From assembly GCF_000181795.1 (NCBI RefSeq), contig NW_003526940.1, positions 2,455,346-2,509,076 on the forward strand: a stretch of 53,731 nucleotides of DNA. Direction: 5' to 3'. A program made the translations under genes and the position numbers. This document shows, one piece after another, positions 18,276 through 32,100 of this stretch (its first letter is position 1; every line of letters starts with the position of its first letter). Below the pieces are notes generated by a model. The model made no database searches. It saw nothing but the letters and a program-made list of their open reading frames with translations, and was not told where the DNA came from. The DNA is from Trichinella spiralis. Taxonomy: Eukaryota.

Positions 18276-18794
18276 AGTGTCGAGCGGCGTGCCTGTGAAG
18301 CCAAAACCGGGAGTAGACCATTAGCCTTGTGCAAATACTTGCAGCTATCAAGTAAAACGATGAAGAAGTAAACACTCCATTTTCAGCACTGCATAGCAAC
18401 CACATAACAAAATACCGAGCAACGATAGGAGTTCGGCTGCCATTGCAGTCCTAACAAACAGTAAAGATTAACAATAATAATTCTGGCGCTTTCCTCTAAT
18501 ATGCATACACTTTTTATTCGTGTTTATTTATTTACTTATTTATTTATGTGCATATTTGATCTTGGCATCATGCAATCATCAAATAAGTAGTAAAAAAAAG
18601 TGTCACGTAACAGTGATTTTATCGGTAATATGCCTCCCGTAGAATCTTCCGGCTGGTGAACTTTTGACTTAAATTGTGGTAGCTAAAATAAATCACTAAC
18701 TGTATTTAACAAACGTGAAAAGATGGCTCGATGCCGATATTCGGCATTTCTTACACCTCGGCGTAAGCTACGCAAATAATGTGATCGTTATTTA

Positions 18795-20220
18795 AACTCA
18801 GTAGCAAATTCAATCTCGTTGAACTGCCCTCAATCCATTATCGTCCGCACAGTCTGTCCCTCAAAGACAGAGACAAACAGACCAAAACTTTACCGCATAG
18901 AGCTAAAATATACGCTAATACATCGGACAGAACTGGTTAGAGTTTTCCAATGAAAGATCACCTGTACACACAATGAACATGAAGTACTTTGTCAATGAAA
19001 CCTATGCAGCAGAGGATATCAAGGGCGAATCCATCTGTTGCCTGACATCTCCATGTTGCTTGTCTGATGGATGACCTGCTTTCTTCTGCTCTGCTGTTGA
19101 AATTTAAACCAAGTGCTACGGATGTCGACCTCAACTCTTCGAAAGGAGAGCAATTCATCTACATTTCCCTCTTCTTGTGCCGTGGGTGTTCTAACTTCGC
19201 ATCAATCCTCTTGGAAGGCGAACTTGGAGATCAGAAAGGCCTGATGCCCACTTGGATCTCTTCCTAAAGCCTGTAAACCCCGACTGCGCATTTCTATCTT
19301 ATCGTTGAATCTCCTCTAAGTGGCAATATCCCAAGTTTCACGCACGGATAATAGGCACTGGGGCTATCTCATGTACTTCTCTATTGTCGCTTTCGGATTT
19401 CTGAAACGATCTTACAGAATGTGCATCACTGCTTCAAAGTTTGCCGCAGTCGTTGGCAAACCTCCAATTTCTGTAGCTGCAGTTCCAATTAGAAGCAGCA
19501 GCAAGTAGTTAAATTTCTCAATATCCAAAACATCCGACTGACTGATGCAGTGAACTTATCGTTTCCAATCTTGTTGACTTCCACTGAACTACTGAATCTC
19601 CAATTTCGGTAATCTGACTCTGGACAAAGCAGCCACATTACTCGTGATAGGCATGTCGGTCTCCTTTTTCCTGACACTGGCATTACCACGTGACTCCACC
19701 TCAAACCGAAAACCCTTAACTACTGCAATTCTTCTCTTTCATTTATCAGCATAAATGTTTCATCATCAGAATCAATTAAATCAATGAGTTCCTCGACCAC
19801 ATCGTAGTGTCTTCACTATGAATCTGACAAGTTTCTGAAATTTAGTTGACGTTCTTCAAAAGAGAATTCCATAGCATCTTTCAGACTGCCCATGTACTTT
19901 AATACTCAGCGATTTAACCAGCCTTTTTCCTAAAGTAACTCTTGTTCATGATGATATCATGAAGACTTCTACGGAATTCGTGGAGACAAACTCTCAACTA
20001 GCTGACCACTTTTCCACCATTAGTCGATATCGGCTATCACTCGAATACGGCTCGGAAAATCAAATTGTAAGCGATGAAACAACCATGGCTTACACAGGTA
20101 AAATGAGCTGCATATGAATTGAGTAAAAAATTCGATCTCATTAAACTGCCCTCAATCTGTTATCGTGAACGCAATCCATCCATCACATTCAGATACTACG
20201 TTCAGCGGCATTTATCAACA
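18795..20220 (-). mobile_element. Internally deleted BEL/Pao element with degenerate LTR-like direct repeats and a tRNA-Tyr-like PBS
   Basis: A diverged direct repeat (core AACTGCCCTCAATC) at ~18795-18865 and ~20118-20185 flanks the gag. On the minus strand, ..TTACA at 20066 is followed by TGATTTTCCGAGCCGTATTCGA, which resembles the Tyr PBS TGGTCCTTCGAGCCGGAATCGA. Confidence 0.55.
19050..19920 (-). pseudogene. Degenerate BEL/Pao LTR-retrotransposon gag (DUF1759-like)
   Basis: Manual translation gives RVRLPKLEIQ*FSGSQQDW..DIEKFNYLLLLLIGTAATEIGGLPTTAANFEAVMHIL*DRFRNPK and RGLQALG. This is the BEL/Pao gag signature with stops and frameshifts. Confidence 0.8.
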
Positions 20221-20995
20221 GCCTGTCAAACAAATTCTTTAAATTCCTCATAACTTTTCGCCTCTAAAAATAGTAACAGGATTCGTCATGCTTTACAGTA
20301 TTCAAATAATAAGGTATAAATGGAATTGTTTTCAACAAATTGCATTTTAAAATATTGATAAAACTAGATTTTTTTAATAAGCAGTTTGAAGCAATTTTAT
20401 CTTTGTATCATGTAAATAAAAACCTAAAATTTATAAATTAATCAAACGCGAAATGCTGCATACACTCTGTGCGATATATTTATACTGAATAATTTATAAG
20501 AAACATTTTATTTGTAATGATTTACTTTAAAAGTATTTTAAATAAGTTTTATTATTACTTTTTTAATGCATTTATTTTCATGATTTTTGAGAACCTACAT
20601 TTACTTAGTTTGGTCATCTATACTGTATTTACAGTGCATCTGTGTTTTCTAGTAACCGAGGTCAAGTTTGTAACTGGTAAATGCATTAGTGCTTAATATT
20701 GCATTTTCAATAACATTTATTTAAATTTAATTAAGTTTTGTAAAGTTATTTTGTTACAAATTTATATTTCTATTCTGTGTCAAAAACTCATTGTACTGAA
20801 ACGACTCGACTAACTTTTTAATATCTTTACTTAACTTTTGATAAAAGCTTTCTCAATATGATTTCTAATGAAATCTTTCAATTATTGGTGTATATTTGAT
20901 ATAATGTCATTTCCGTATAGCCACATATATTTACATTTGTCATAGGATAAATATATGGAGGAAATTGATGTTTTATTGATTTGTAGGTATTATTC

Positions 20996-23679
20996 ATGGC
21001 CGATAAATTTCAGTTTAATCCTGACGCTCCTGATTTTATCCCAAGTTTTTCTGTTGTTGCTCGTGAAGCTAATGATGAAACGGCGAACGGTACAGGTTGA
21101 TTCACTTTATCATTATTTCGTTATGAAATGTATTTTTAAATATTACTTTTATGAAATAAATTTTAGATCTTGAAGCAACTGATGAATTATCTGCTGAAGT
21201 TTCGATGGATTCTAATGCTAACGTATTAAAAAGTTTAGATTTAAGTGACGAAAGAATTCCTGACGGTATGCACATATTTTTTAATTATTCCATTCACTGC
21301 TTTACTAATTAAATATTGTGTTTTTGGAAATTTTAACTTGACATTTATTGTTCTGTTTACGTAATAGCAATATGAAACTAAATTTACAATGATGTCAATG
21401 TATCTTCTACAATATATCCGATTAAATATTGTAAACTTTTATTTATTAGAGTGGGAAGTGGATGATGAAGCATCAAAAGAAGAGGATGTTGTTGCTCCAT
21501 CGAAATCTATTAAAAAGAAGAATACTGCTTTGATTCCGAAGGTGCGCAAAGAATACGTGAATGTGATTTTTATAGGTCACGTCGGTATGAAATTTTTGCA
21601 CAAAATTTGAACTTTTTTATTTTATTATTTTAATTTTTCTGTAAGACGCTGGCAAGTCTACCATTGGTGGACATTTGATGTACCTGACAGGTCAGGTCGA
21701 TAAACGTACTTTGGAAAAATACGAACGTGAAGCAAAGGAGATGAATCGAGAAAGTTGGTGAGACTGGGAAATATTTTCTTTTGATTTTAACATTAGATTA
21801 CTTGACTTGTAAAATTGAAGGTATTTATCGTGGGCTCTCGATACAAATATAGAAGAACGTGAAAAGGGGAAAACTGTTCAAGTAGGAAGAGCAAATTTTG
21901 AAACTGCAAAGAAACACATAACAATCTTGGATGCTCCAGGACACAAAAGTTTTGTGCCTAACATGATCGGTGGTGCTAGTCAAGCTGATTTAGCAGTTTT
22001 GGTTTGTTGTATTTTAAATTTATATTTAAATTTTCTTTTATTTGAATATTTGATTACTTGTAAAGGTTATATCAGCACGGAAAGGAGAATTTGAAGCAGG
22101 CTTGGAACGAGGCGGACAAACAAGAGAACATGCTGTGTTGGTCAAAACTGCTGGCGTGCGTCATATGATTGTTTTAATCAACAAGATGGACGATCCTACT
22201 GTGAATTGGGATCTGAAAAGGTAAAGTTTTTTGTAATGAATTTTAATATTTTTCACATTTTTTCTTTACGCAGATATAATGAATGTCGTGACAAAATTAT
22301 TCCTGTTTTAAAAAAGGTTGGTTTTGTGCCGGGAAAAGATCTATATTTTATGCCTTGCAGCGGCCAGACTGGAGCATTGCTTAAAGATCCAGTATCAGAT
22401 GATGTATGCCCGTGGTATAGGTGAGAAAGACGTTCGTGTACTTTTTTTTATCTTCATTGTCATTTTGAAATGGTTATTTAGTGGGCCTACTTTTTTGGAA
22501 TATTTGGACCAACTTCCGCCTATCAGTCGAGCTCGAGAAGGTGCTGTTAGAGTGGTATTGTTTGACAAATACAACGTAAGCGATGTTTTGAATTTGAAAA
22601 CATCTAGTTGAATTTATTATTTTCAGTATATTTGTTTTAGCTTTATAAGATATTATATGTGTATATAGTAAAGTTTATAAACATATTTATGCTAAAAGGA
22701 ACATTTTTTTACAACAGCTTTTCTTTGTAAAAGATTTTCAGATATGTGATAAAATATTAAATGGTATGAGAATTTTGGTTTGCTATATAAAGACTTGTTT
22801 TGTTTAATTTGAATGTAACGTGTGCATTTTTTAGTTATAAATTTTCATTGTTGCTTCTTTTAGGATATGGGTACAGTTGTCATGGGAAAAGTAGAATCTG
22901 GATCGGTTGTAAAAGGCCAGTCATTAGTTGTTATGCCGAATCGAGTAATAAATGAAAAAATCGATTTCATTAATTTTGTTTTTTTATTATTATTATTAAT
23001 TCTTTAGACTCCTGTTCAAGTGTTGCAGTTGTGGTCTGATGATGATGAGGCGGATGAAATCACTCCTGGGGAAAATGTCAAGATAAAGTTGAAGGGTATC
23101 GAAGAAGACGCAGTTTCTTCTGGTTTCGTGTTATGTTCACCGGACGATACTTGCGTTGTTGGTCGTATATTTGATGCGCAAGTAGAATTTTTTTAGTGAA
23201 ATTTTGATTTGGTTTGCAGTATTTTTTTCGAATTCAGGTAGTAATTATGGAACATAAGTCGATTATTTGTCCAGGTTATAGCGCAGTGCTTCATGTTCAT
23301 GCTGCTGTGGAGGAAGTATCAGTGAAGGTATTAAATAGTTCAGTTTAAATTGAAATTTATAAAGCGTTTAAAATTTTAAATTAGAATTTAATTTGTTTGA
23401 TTGATCGTAAAACTGGAGAAAAATCTACGACAAGGCCGAAATTTGTTAAACAAGATCAAGTTTGTATCATGCGTTTGGAATCGAGCGAATTATTTTGTTT
23501 AGAGCCATTTAACAAATTTCCGCAGATGGGTCGTTTTGTTTTACGTGATGAAGGTAACAACTTGAGCGTTTCATTCTTCTAATTTTTGTTCTGTAAATTA
23601 TCAGATACTTAACTTTTTTTATTTATCTGTTTCAGGTCGTACGGTAGCGATTGGTAAAGTACTGAAAATTATCGAATAA
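20996..23679 (+). CDS. GSPT1: Eukaryotic release factor 3 (eRF3/GSPT), multi-exon
   Basis: N-terminal PAM2-like [10 protein letters not shown]; GTPase motifs GHVDAGKST, DAPGH, GGQTREH, NKMDD; C-terminal [23 protein letters not shown]. All introns examined are GT-AG. Confidence 0.95.
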
Positions 23680-24256
23680 GGTGAATGCAGGATGCGAATG
23701 GAAACAAAAAATTTAGGGATTCTTTCTTTCGTCACTGTTAATTATGTAATTGTTTCATGTTATGGCGTCATATTACAGTTCTTTCAGTCATTCAAAGAGA
23801 AGGTTAATAAATCCTTTTATCGTCTCTTATTTTTGAGAATTAAATTCACAAAGTGTAAATTATTTATTCGCAACTGCAACTGAGAAATACAGGGATTAAT
23901 AAACTGTTCAAGTTAAGAGCTTTCATCTTTTGAGAAAAGCAAAACTTATTAAAGAGATTGTTGAAATAACGGTGTAAATTGTAATTAGCGGCTTTGTAAA
24001 TATTTTGTAAGATTTATAAAGAGAATTGTAATGATGAATTTTTCACTTCTCAATTTAGGATATTTTATTCGTTGCATAGAACAAAACGTTTTATTTTTTA
24101 ATAACTTCAAATAGTAGTTTCAGTGATTCACTACTGTTTGTTAATAAACTGATACACGTATGCATTTATAATAGTTATATGCATATGGTTTTCTAATTAT
24201 CGGAACTTAAGTGCACAGTAACAAAATACATTTATTTGAACAAATTTTTTTGCTCT

Positions 24257-24554
24257 TCAAATCGTGAGTTTGAAACCATATCTCTCCAAAGCGCGAGCAG
24301 TTGATTTACACATACATGGTAGGACTTGAGGGAGCTTTCCCTCGAAGTTGGATAAGAATTGATGAAAACGCTGTTCACAAACTTTGCTGACGCTTTAAGA
24401 AAACAGCACAAGCAAATCAGTGATATGATTTACGGTGAAGCAGTAGAAAATGTTACATTGCAATTTACATTTATCATATTTGAATTGAATAATAACTTCA
24501 ACTCTAAATAATTTAATATTATGACCGTTACTTTAAACTCTCCATTGCTGACAT
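24257..24554 (-). CDS. Candidate 52-aa two-exon small ORF, unknown function
   Basis: Exon 24554-24532, intron GTAACGG..TTTTCTTAAAG, exon 24392-24257 encode MSAMESLNVSKVCEQRFHQFLSNFEGKLPQVLPCMCKSTARALERYGFKLTI*. AATAAA lies ~20 nt after the stop. Confidence 0.4.
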
Positions 24555-25294
24555 GCTTCATTCAAATACTGGCATGCTTCAAATCGCTTGAACGATTCAT
24601 TTCAATCGAAATGCTGTGGTTGGTTTGCCGTAGAACATTATTGAAAATGAATTTTATTATATGTCGCATCCAGAACTAGTCAAATCCGTTGCTTGAAAAC
24701 CACTACTCTAATAAACAGCTTTGCACCTCTCGAGTTTGAATGTGTAAGCAACTCAAAACACAATAAAGAAACACATATAGAAACACAGCGCTTATCACAG
24801 ACACAACCATTCGGATCAAGCACATCTCACTGCCAACTGAGCACCACACTCTTTACTACCGTATGCCACCGTAACTTGAATTCAGGTACAAAGCCACAGG
24901 TTCGCCACCGAATGGTTTCCAAGAACATTAATTTGTTAACTCAAGTTTTTCAATAATTTTATTTTTAACAGTGTAAAAATGAATAAATCAATAATTTTCA
25001 AAAGCATATATTTAATCCTCTAACAAGCATTTGCAAAATAATTTTACTGTTTAATTTTTGGAAGAAATTCAATCTGCATGCAAATGCAAATATCGAATTC
25101 AATAAACTAAAATAATTTTAAAAAAATTAAATTTTAATTTACTGATTTAAATTTTTGATAACATTATTTATCATAGCATTAAGTTTTGATTTTTGATTAA
25201 ATGTACTTCATTGTCTTTACACAATTAAAATGGCTTACTGTACTCTGTTAATTCTGTTTTTATATGGCAGTTTTCATTTTAAGCGTTCTGTATA

Positions 25295-27698
25295 ATGAAC
25301 AAATCAAAGAATAGTAATGAGGTAATAAAGTATTTTCAGCTAACTCTAATAGGATCCGTTTATCAGTTTTATTTAATTTTCATTATTTATGATGTAAATA
25401 TAGTTTTAATAAAAGAAAAATTTATGTAAAATTATTAAATGCATTCTGTTGTTTATATAAAGCTGCTATTGCTCCATGACGCGCATGTGAAAGACGTTGT
25501 TACATATTCTATTTTAAGAATGAGGTTTCGAAAGGAAAACTGCGATTTTCTGTCGTTTGCTCAAGTAATATGAATCGTAGTATGGAAGCTCATGCTATGC
25601 TACAGTAATTGATTAAAAGTTTAATGTGATTGAAATTTGCTTTTCCATAGTCGTTTTGTTTCAGAAAGAAAGGCTTTAATGTTCGTTCATTTGGATCTGG
25701 TTCTCAGGTAAAACTTCCCGGCCCATCGCCTACTGTTCACAACATTTACAGTTTTTCTACACCATACGAAGAAATTTACCAAGACTTAGTTGCAAAGGAC
25801 AAAAATTTGTATGATTTTAGCTATTGATTGAGCTCTGTTGATTTATCTGTTTCATTGTTATATAACTGTTCGCAGGTATACACAAAATGGTTTATTAAAT
25901 ATGCTTGATCGAAATAGAAGAGTGAAACCGCATCCAGAACGATTTCAAGAATACAAAGGACTGTCTGATGTTATTATATGTTGCGAAGAACGTGTTTACG
26001 ATCAAGTTTATGAATGTAATTGGTTTCATCGTTTTTTTGAATTTAGGTTACGTATTAGAAGAAAAAGGAAGATAAATGTTTAAATATCATACCAACATTC
26101 AGTCCTTTAGATGTACGAAAGCTTCTTATATAGGTTAGCATATAAACTTATACAACCGTACAACATAAAACCATATTATCACATCATATACAATGATTTG
26201 AAACATCAACAGTGAGTGTTGTTAAATTAGGTGGAGGCTAGTTTGTTGCTGGGACAGTTTATTAGAAGAAATGAAAAATATAGAGGTAATGATTATGACA
26301 GAAATTAATGAAACAAATTTTTCTATATTTTGTTTATTGCTGCAATACGTGCACAGTTTTACACCTTTTAGAGCATGGTTTGGATTTTAATAGTAAGTAA
26401 ATATTCGTGAGGCCATCTAGTTTTTGCTTTCAAAACATTACAAAATTTTAACTACTTTTCAGTGTTCACTAACAGATCTGCATTGATTTTGAAATTGTGA
26501 AATACTGGTAAAATAAAATTACGATAAGTATTTTTGTATTACAGTATGCTCGAGATAATGAAGTTTATATTTTGAAATCAATTTGTTTAAGTTGTATGGA
26601 TGGTTTATTGCTACCTGATTTTGTGAAAAAGCCGCATATTTTAAATAAGAACGCAGATATAAATGTTTGACTTCACAATTTTAATTACACAGAGATTAAT
26701 AATTGTGAAAATTTCTTCGAATTCTCGAACTTTAAATGGCAGGTTGATTTGTATTCACAAAAATGAAATGGTAATTACATATTTACTTTTGTCTGTTATT
26801 TTAAGTGTGAGAAAAATTTTTTAAAGAATTATGTCATTAAGGTTGCTATAAATGTGGAAGAACAGTTTTCGGTAATAAAAAGTGATTTAAGGTTGTACTG
26901 ATTTTTATATTCAGTAGAGTATTTTATAAATAAATAAATTCTTGTGAAGCTTATCAAATTTACTAAAAAACTGAGAGAATCAATTTACATTATTTATTTG
27001 AAAAATGTTATGGTTGGTTAAATAGCAAATAGTTTAGAAACGGTATTTGAAGTGATATGTTGAATTATAAGACGAAATGTATTAGAATTTAACATACTGC
27101 AAAAATAAATAATCTTAATAGTTGAAGGATTTATAAAATTATGCAAGAAATAGTTTAAATTTTGCGTTAAAATATACGGATGTTTAAAAGATGAAAGATG
27201 TTTTATAAAAATAAAATAATTATTTTTTGATGTTTATAGTTTTGATGAACACTGAAATGAAATATTGTCATCTTGTACACATCATTAACATAGACATTCG
27301 GGATAATCATGAAGAAGCCACCTGTGGAGCTCTTCTATTTTGCCATTTATGCACTTTGGTAAAGAAAATTTTTATTTCACAACTGTATCAGTTCCTTAAA
27401 TTCGATGAAGTTGTAAATTATAATGAAATGATTAATAACATAATAGCAGTAGAATTGTTTGATTAAATTGTGGCTTTTTTATATTTTTATATTTGTATAA
27501 TATTTTGTATCTGTATAAAAATTATGTGTTATTTAAAAGTTTAAAATGTATTTAAATAGAATGATTATGTAATGTTTTTTGTTGATACAATTTTAGTTGG
27601 AAAAGTCTGCAGATTTGGACAATGAAATTGAAGAAATTCTATCAAATTTTGAAAACATCTGCAAACGAACTATTCTGCATACTGTTTGTTTTCTTTGA
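25295..27698 (+). CDS. SSU72: RNA polymerase II CTD phosphatase SSU72, multi-exon
   Basis: Catalytic [59 protein letters not shown] and C-terminal LHTVCFL*. The first exon (ATG 25295) is inferred. Confidence 0.95.
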
Positions 27699-28384
27699 AT
27701 AAAATTATTATTATTATTATTTTGAAGTTGTGATGTAATTTGATAATTTTTATTTATTTTTTTTGTTTGATATGTGAATAAAAGAGAAGAAAAACAGCCG
27801 TGCTTTTTGCTTTGCTAGATTTTGAAACAAATTTGTTTGCAACGTTTATTTCATTGTTGCAGCATGTTGATGTTGGTGTTAAATGAATCAAATTTTAATT
27901 ATTGCATATTGTGCAGCTTGCATTGAAACGCAATTCTGTTACCAGCGTAAAATTTATTCAAACTGAACGCTGAATGTTGTAAGAAAAATTAATTGTATTA
28001 ATATTAATTCAACTGTATTATTTATTTTTTACCTGCAGTTTGCATTATTATTATTCTTCTTATATTATTCAAAGATGTAAGCAGCAGTTGTTGTTGATTT
28101 TGTTTTATTTGAAAAATTTTATATAAAAGGTGAAATTTCATTTCGAAATAACGTGGTGAAAGAGTTAATTTTGTCAAAGTTGAAAAATGTCAAACTTTTT
28201 CCCCTTTCATCGATGATATAATTTTTTCACAGGAAAGAGGCATTTAGAAAAAACTTAACAAAAAACAGCTAATAATAATAATAATCAAGTAATAATAATG
28301 TTTTTATTCTATTGCCTTTGCACAATAAAAATATGAAACAATCAGTCTAGATGGAAAGAGTTCGTTATGAAACAACATAATTAT

Positions 28385-29109
28385 TCATTTTTTCTTAAAC
28401 TTCTGCAACACTTTGCCCGTCTTTTTCAAATCCTCCTTGATATCTCGATTCGCATCAGATACGAGTGATTTGTAATCGTCGAAATCTTTCACCGTCGAAC
28501 ACAGCTCACCTCGGACGTCGTCCAACTGCTGCTGAAGTTCTTGAACCATTTGTTGCAGATGTTTATTCTAAATAAAGAGAACATACAGTACAAATTCAAA
28601 TAAAAAAGTAAACAAAAAAACAGACAAACAACCTCAATAAGTATATCATCCAATGATCCGTTGGTATCGCGAATGCATGCACCAATGCTGACGTTACAAG
28701 TGCGCACATTTTCAAGTGAACATTTCAGATCTTTTATCAATTTTGATAAATTCATTTGTTGTTCTTTGGGCTGAATAAATGAAAATTAAATTTTAAATAA
28801 CCACAACCAGAACAATAATAACCTTGCTCGATTCGCTCAAAAATTTCACAAATTGATTCATTGCGATGGAAATATTTTTCTGACTCGATGTCAACAATTC
28901 TGCCAAATCGTCCATTACTATAATTGTTGATTTATGATGAGAAATTCTATTCAAAAATTTGAAATAGAACAACAAACTTTTCATTGTTTTATCCGCTGTT
29001 GGTGTAGTTGTTGTATTCAATTTATCCATCGTTGCGTTGCTGCTGCTTGGAGCAATGTTGATATTATCCGATGGATTATTATTGCTGGCATTTTCTTTTT
29101 CCAAAATTC

Positions 29110-29153
<44 letters not shown>

Positions 29154-32100
29154 GGGATAATCGATTTGTCGGCTTTTTCATTGTTGATCGCCTGTTGCAG
29201 TATTTCAATTTTCAATTTTGCCAAATCGTATTTTTTCTGAAAATCCAAACAGCGTTTCTTCCAACAAGACTGATCGTCTACAGTAGCCTCGATGGTACGC
29301 ACGTATTCGGCCAGACGTTCGTTGTTCCGTTCCAATTGTTCAATAGTAGCGCTGAGCTGCTTTTCACGTTGATCACTGGAACGTAGAAGCATCTCAACCC
29401 GATCCAGACGATCCAAATCTGTCAACGAGCTGTTATTCGTCGTCGCCAATTTCACCTCTTCTTCGCCAATTAGTAGATATTTTTCAAACTGCTTGAATTT
29501 CCCTTTCACCAGTTTGATATACTTTTCCAATTTGGCATTTCGTTCCTTCAAACCGACATCCGCCGACACTTCCAACATTCCTTTCCCATCAACTGCAGTC
29601 GTTCCGTTCGTTGTGCAATTTTTCTTCGGTTCACTTTTCAAACTTTCCTAATCATCATACACACACATTCATTCATTCATCATTCAGAAAAATTACTATT
29701 GGTAACACCAACAAACCTTGGCAGAATCAACTGTTTCATCAGCATTATTATTAGTATTGTTGTCAATTTTGAATATTGCATTCGCTGCACTGATGCACAT
29801 TTTCAACGCAATTGCCATTTTTCGTAATTCTTCTTCAAACTCTTCTGCCAATAAATAATCCTGTCGAAAATCAAATTCACTTCATATTCCAATTCAAATT
29901 TTTACAATCATACCCGACATCTACACCAAGCTCTGACAGTTGACAGTAAACTTTTCAATTCTGTCATTAATATTGTTTCTGGCTTCACAGATAAATTTGC
30001 CACATTTATCGAACAACTTTCGTTCTCTTCTTCATTGTCATCATCTTGTTGTTCGACACCATTCGTGGAATGAATTGTATTCTTCTGAGATATCAGAGGT
30101 AGAACTGTCTCGCACATATTCGTAAGCAAATTTCCAATATATTCATCCCTCTTCGAATCGCTGATATCATTCTTCTGAGTTATCTGTAAAAAAAAGAAAA
30201 GAAAAGATTTTCGGTTTTCCTAATTTTTTTTCCCTTTTATTATTTTTTTCACTTCTTCCAACAAAATCATCTCACCTGAGCAAATAGATCTAACATTTGA
30301 ATAAAGTTGCACGAAAAATTCGGCAACCAACCGTACCGCTCTGTCACCAAATTTGGCCAATCAAATGAAATCGGATCGAAAGATAGTTTACAAAGAACTG
30401 CTTTGTCCTGTGAAGTTTCGATCACTACTTCCGTTTCAACTGCCTGAAATAGCAAAAAAAATAAAAGAATATTAAAATAAACAATTTCATATCGTCGAAA
30501 TAAATACACCTTATCTACAGAGAATTCCTTTTTCGACAAAAATGTATCCAATTCCAATTTTAAGCAATCGATCATTCTGAGAAAAAGAGACAAATATTAT
30601 TTCTTTTCAAGAAACATAAAATAATTAATAAATTATACTTTTGTCTAGACTTGAGCAAACCGTCCAATTCTTCAATGTGCTTATCCCTGGAGTCGAGGTG
30701 CTGGCGCAACTGTTTAATCTCATCTTCTGCTTCAACAATATGCAAAAACATATTATCCGTACCACCACCACCATCACCACCGTTGATCAATGAATGAGAA
30801 AATGAGTTTCCTAGAAAAAAAAAACCATTGATAATGATGTTCGTTTGAAAAAAAAATTAAACAATTGTGTTTTCCCACCTTCCAAAAGTGATATAAATGC
30901 TGCAGTTGCGTTCAAATTTTCCAAAATATCCTCATTCAGCGTTGATAAGCCAGCAATAGTGCTCAATTCGTTGCCATTTGCGTTTGCCAATTTCATTCTC
31001 ACCGCCTAAAATTGTATTCAAATTTCAACAATTCAAAGCAATCACAAACAAACAAACAAACAAAATTCAAAATTACATTCAAAGCAGCAGCGGAACTTTT
31101 CAAACGCGAATACAAATCTTTCGTTCGATCATAAATTTGACGCAATTTGGTCTGAAATTCAGATTGAATTTCGGGAAAAGCAGAAGCTGAATTTTCCATT
31201 GTCATCTTGGCAAAATTGCCATCCAACAATTCCGAATGTCTACTGCTAAACGACTGCCAATCGCTGTTCCAAGATTTGGAACTACTGTTGAAAAATTTTT
31301 CCCTTATATGAATAATCACTTTTTCACGCTTTATACGTTTCTGGCGTTCTTTCTCCACTTCCATTTTCAGTCGATCAATTTCCTCAAAAAAAAGAACAAT
31401 TTCTTCCAATCACAAGCAGATATTTGAATTAGAAAAAAAACAATAAAACACCTCTTCTGAAGAAACAGCATGTGATTCGTTCGTTTCCAAATTTGTCACC
31501 AATTTCGGAAGCTTCTCATCGGAAGCTAATTTCAAATCTGCCAAAGTTTCTTTCCACATGACGGCATTTTTTTCCGCGTGTCGAAGCTGCTTTTCCAATT
31601 CTTCCATTTCAAAGTTGTGCTTTTTTTCGAGCAATTCCAATTCTCCTTTGACTTTCTTACATTCTATCTGAATACAATAATTTCATCCATTTCATAAATA
31701 AAATGATAAATACATAAAATATTTTATAATTTTTGTACGCAATTTTCAAGAGCTTCCACATCAATATTGGCGTATTGTTTTAATTTGTTGCATTTTTCGT
31801 CCAATTCTGCTTCTAAATGAGCTATTCTTGTCTTCAAATCCAAAATAATGCTTAAATTGCAATATGTACTATTTATTATCGAAATTGAAAACAAATTACT
31901 CATCTCCTTACGCTTCGTTTTTGCTCATCAAAACCATGCCCTCACTGCCATCGTCGTCGCACATAGAACCATTCACCGCTTTATATTGTTCCAATAAAAT
32001 ATTGTAACTAAGCTGTAATTTCTTTAACATCTCATCGTATTCTTCTTTCTCTTCTTGTAAATTCTCGCATTTCTTCAAATTTAAAACTTTTTCAAATACT

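Noticed and set aside
24532..24670. In-frame TGA (..HASI*MKH..) as possible selenocysteine
   Set aside because: No SECIS or selenoprotein motif is visible, and that frame stops five codons into the next exon.
25295..27698. U12-type introns in SSU72 (a minor-intron gene in some animals)
   Set aside because: All donors are ordinary GT, without the RTATCCTT signature.
28934..29386. Poly-Ile and poly-Leu ORFs
   Set aside because: Alternative frames of the (AAT)n repeat in the Cnn-like exon.
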